NCBI RefSeq assembly: GCF_040938485.1
Contig: NW_027270907.1
Coordinates: forward strand, 2,356,001 to 2,420,000
From: Diadema antillarum
Taxonomy: Eukaryota
Reading direction: 5' to 3'
Length of the DNA: 64,000 nucleotides
Within the stretch, counting starts at the first letter, position 1; every line of letters starts with the position of its first letter. Under the pieces are notes generated by a model. It did not search any database, was not told the origin of the DNA, and saw only the letters and a program-made list of their open reading frames with translations. Positions 60,201-64,000 of this stretch are shown one piece after another. The position numbers and the translations under genes are program-made.

Positions 60201-63200
60201 GCACTCTGCAAACTCAGTAGATGTGTTGAGGATATTAAGCAATGGTCATGTGATAATTATTTGAAATTGAATTGTGTTAAATCAGAATTTTTATATGTTC
60301 ATTCTCAGTTTAGGCGAGGTGGTTCTCTCACAGAATTTTCCCTCGAAGACAGTACTATACCCACCTCTCAGTCCGTCAGAGATCTCGGAGTTATTGTAGA
60401 TAAGCACCTGAATTTTCAACAACACATTAAGAACTCATGTCGTTCTGCTGCTTGGGGTATCTGTAAAATTGGTAAAATCCGTAAGTTATTGGATCAGTCT
60501 TCCACTGAACGTCTCATCCACGCATTTGTTTCTTCCCACCTTGACTACTGCAATTCCCTGCTTGTTGGTCTCCCTGCTTCTAGTATTGCACCACTTCAAA
60601 GAATTCAAAACACAGCTGCTAGGCTTGTAACCCTTACAAAAAGATCTGACCACATTACTCCTGTTCTCCAATCCCTCCACTGGCTCCCCATACATCAACG
60701 TATCACCTTCAAAATCCTCCTTATCGTTTACAAGATATGTAATAATCTTGCTCCATCTTACCTCAAAGACTTAATTTCTTTCCGCTCCTCCACTTCAACC
60801 CGTTCTCTTCGTTCTTCCTCCACTCTCCAACTATCACATGGTCCCCGTACCTGCACCCGCTATGGTGATAGGGCTTTTTCTGTTATTTCCCCGTCTCTCT
60901 GGAATAAACTTCCTCTCCATATTCGTAATGCTGATAACGTTGATAAGTTCAAGTCATCGTTGAAAACTTATCTGTTTACTCAACTTTAATTATGTTGTTT
61001 TGCTGTTGCATGTTATATCATAATTTGTATATTTACATAATGCTGTATTTTATTTTAATGTCATACTTCTTTTTTTTTCCGGATGAATGCGCTTAGAAAC
61101 ATCAGTATTAAGCGCTATATAAATGTTATTCATTATCATTATCATTACTTCTCAGGGTTTCTAGACCAATTGCAGAATCATGCAGTCATTAATGTTTACT
61201 TGTGTAATTTAAGTTTTTCTGGAGAATGGGGGCAGCAAAAAAAACAAAACAAAACAAAAGTAAGTCAAACCTCATATGATAAAGAGTCTGTGATAACTGG
61301 AATATCAAGTTTTGTGACTAGGGTGATGTATTTGTTTTGTGTGTGAAAACCCTTTTTATGCCTCTTCCCGTACTAACTTGGTTATTAGATGGTATGAACT
61401 TTAGAATGCCTGCAAAGTCCCTTTATCATGCATTTTTGTTGTCATTTAGTTGATAGCGTCGAAACCTGGAACGTTGTCAGAATTCACTCATAAGAGGACA
61501 TCGACTTTGACATCCGTGATCATTTAGCAAAACAACTGATATTGTCTGATTGTCTGATTCAATTAAAGGGACTGTACAGTACTGGTTGAGGTAGGGATTC
61601 ATGTTTTGAACATTCCTAAGTGAGATAATGAAAAGCCTCTTATGAAATATGAAAGAGCATGTAATTTTAAGAAGGATTCAACGTTTATTTGATGGAAATT
61701 GGTTTTCAAATGGCTGAGATATCCAAAAAAGTGCTAATAGTAAAAGGCGACATGCCACAACTTTATTAGGATCTCTTTGTGTCACCTTGTTTTTGGATAT
61801 CTCAGCCATTTCCAAACCGATTTTCATCGAATAAACTTTTGATACCCCTTAGAACTGCATGCTCTTTGACATCTCATAGAGTGGTTTCTGAATATCTGGC
61901 AAAACGTTAGAAGCTAAATCTTCACCTCGACCAGAACTTCACACACCCTTTAAAGTTCACAATGTGAACATACAGTTTAGTAAGACAAAAACTGATTGTA
62001 AACAAAATCTCTTTCTCTTTGTATCTACAGGCAGAGCCACAGCTGGCCAGCTTCTGATTGACCTGCACAAAAGACACATGTCTGAAAAGGACTTTGTCCT
62101 CTCCTTGTTGAAGGGCAGCCAGGGTAGACCTCTCTTTGCTGCAGAGATGGTGACTGAGTATGTCTACTATGTCAGCCAGCAGCTCATTGCAAGCTGGGAG
62201 CCCTCTCAGCTGGAATACTCAGCAATGGCCATGGGCATCTCTGAGCGGACACAGGATATCAAAATGTCCTGGTCAGTGGGAAATCTTTGTTCGCAGTAGA
62301 TAACATGAACAATATGAATCTTAGTTTTGGAATTAACTCAAAAACATTTGATTAATTACCTGTATTTTCATGTTTAATCTTTAATTCCCTTCATTGTTGT
62401 GTATAATTCTTAATTCCCATCACTGTTATGTTTAATGATCAAATATTTCTATTCGTAATTAATTTTCAAACAGAAGAGTCAGTGTAGATACATATGCATA
62501 CTGTTTTGCAACCTTATTGATAACTGCATCACTTGAATGTGGTGGGAAACTGATGAGTGGTTTATTAAATGCCATCTCAAGAAAGGAGTGCAGTCAAACA
62601 GGAGTATATTGGATCGATGTGTGAGTTAAAAGTGTGGAAAGTAAAAGTACACTTGTATCCTCTTGTGCATGCAGTTATGATTATGATCGTGATCTGCATG
62701 AGCTGCTGGCTTTAGAACGTCTTCACAAGGCCCCAATGGGGACCTTCCCAGACAAGCCATCAGGAGAACACCCACCCATGGAAGGCCGCAGTCGTGGGAT
62801 TGTAGACATCCAAGTTCAGGTCATGCGTGCTGTACTCCGTAAACACATCCACGAAAGACAGGTGAGCATTGGTGGATGTTGTCATTTTAATTGCTTTGTA
62901 CCCTGCTTCACTTTCTCATGCTCATTCTAGTAAATCTGCCCATGACTGCGTAAATTTGATAAAGCCAGTATGTCGTAGAGCATTAAGGAATATGAAGTTG
63001 TCCAAACCTTCGCCTTGAGTTGCATTCCACAGCGTAGCTGAGTTGATATCTAGGTTTCATTGAGTATTTACATTTGACGCAAGGATTGTATCAAGCCAGA
63101 AACACCCACAGTGTCAAGACAAGAGTTGATATGACACACTGCCTTATGTTCTCTGTAGATGATGGTGTACATGCTTCAAGGCAAGGAGAGCAAGGCCTGG

Positions 63201-63370
63201 CGAGCAGTAGCCCGCAGGAGGACCACTAGGGAAGGGAGAGAGGAGAGAATCAATGAGCTGAGAGCCCAGTGCTCTAACTGGCGCCAGTCCTCGGCAGACT
63301 TCATACGTGCAAAGCAGAAGGCACACATCAAAATGCTGCTTGAAGGCACCTGGCTCTACCATGAGAATAA
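52608..63370 (+). CDS. Uncharacterised protein with an N-terminal EF-hand-like module and coiled-coil regions; 3'-partial
   Basis: Coding exons 52608-52736, 53220-53366, 53733-54005, 56457-56542, 57509-57681, 58134-58427, 62031-62271, 62675-62861, 63159-63370. All are GT-AG and frame-consistent (1742 nt, about 580 aa, no stop). EF-like loops are FDAVYDILDSRQRGFIEYEE and FKGLDTKDADRISTKDA. The gene continues past the window. Confidence 0.85.
55144..55253. repeat. Long hairpin (about 48-bp arms, 13-nt loop)
   Basis: atggtaaaactatttga..cagtgctatgtccc and gggacatggcactg..tcaaatagttttaccat pair with few mismatches. Confidence 0.8.
58588..61147 (+). mobile_element. 5'-truncated L2-clade LINE with an intact ORF2 remnant (partial APE endonuclease plus reverse transcriptase)
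   Basis: Stop-free ORF ending at 60989. Motifs: NIHVDD, TH..GHTLDLV, FRPIANL, QSAYR..HSTETAL, LLDYSAAFDT, GVPQGSVVGPLLF, YADD, LDYCNSLL, HITPVL..LHWLP. The 3' end has a GCGCTTA...TAAGCGC stem-loop and a (cattat)n tail. It sits in sense orientation in an intron of the EF-hand gene. Confidence 0.93.
61567..61949 (+). mobile_element. Kolobok-like MITE, copy 2
   Basis: TTAA at 61563-61566 and 61950-61953. Same family as 50250-50628. Confidence 0.82.
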
Positions 63371-64000
63371 GTAAGAACCTTAGAGTCTAAAAAAGCTCTT
63401 CCAAACTGTTTTATTGAAATCTGTCAGTCAGGTGATAACCACATTTGTCTGACATATAGTAGGTTAAACACCATTATTTCCTGTACACCTATTTATGTGA
63501 CATACATGGTACTCAGAAACAATGGTATCATGGTATTGAAAGAAAACAGAAAGCCTTTCATTGGCTGGGTAGGCCAACAGTCCTTTTCCTTCAGCGGAAA
63601 TTCAAATTTGCTACCATGCCCACCAATGATAGAAGATATAAAGATGAGGGAAGGAAAACTTCCCTTTGAATAATTTTCCATGTTTTAGTCCCTTTTCAAG
63701 TGAAAATGATTTGGGATAATCAGTCAACAGGGTTCATAAGATTTAGAGGTCCATGAAACTGATATTAGAGAAGGGACTTTTGCATACATGTCAGAGAGAA
63801 GGAAACTAAGCATTCAGCTTAGCAAAGAATTTGTTTTTTTGCTTGTGTGGTTACTTTTCTACTTTACTCATGCTGCTATTGATTAGAGGTTTCAAAAGAA
63901 TTGTAAGAGTAAAATCTCAGTCCTCTTTCTCCTCTCCCATTGAAGATGTTTGTAGTACATACACAAGTACATACTGCTTGTTCATGCATGTTCAGTTTGT

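Noticed and set aside
58685-60698. Antisense and alternative-frame ORFs within the LINE (and 46430-46699 opposite C1orf74)
   Set aside because: These are shadow ORFs of real coding sequence with no independent evidence.

Overview
AT-rich, intron-rich animal genomic DNA. The repeat families suggest a marine invertebrate deuterostome such as a sea urchin (inference). I reconstructed five protein-coding genes by hand from GT-AG splice sites and frame continuity. (1) A bacterial-type amidase-signature enzyme on + (10 exons, 5' end upstream of the window). (2) HSPA14 on - (13 exons, 522 aa). (3) A MANF/CDNF-family gene on + (4 exons, 185 aa), head-to-head with HSPA14 with only 390 bp between the ATGs. 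(4) A C1orf74/UPF0739 homolog on - with a single coding exon. (5) An uncharacterised EF-hand-like/coiled-coil gene on + (at least 9 coding exons, running off the window end). Introns and intergenic DNA are dense with non-autonomous DNA transposons: Kolobok-like, piggyBac-like, Tc1/mariner-like, Harbinger, and hAT-like elements with 5- and 6-bp TSDs. There is also a Helentron-associated (HINE/Tsp/pearl-like) element carrying a 158-bp tandem array, a young 5'-truncated L2-clade LINE and a decayed CR1 fragment. No rRNA, tRNA or CRISPR array was seen. The most notable points are the HSPA14-MANF head-to-head pair (the same arrangement as human HSPA14-CDNF), the CX3C motif of the amidase with a 64-bp duplication of its splice acceptor, and a transposon-borne array of perfect DR1 nuclear-receptor sites. 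All identifications come from motif recognition by eye; no database searches were run.
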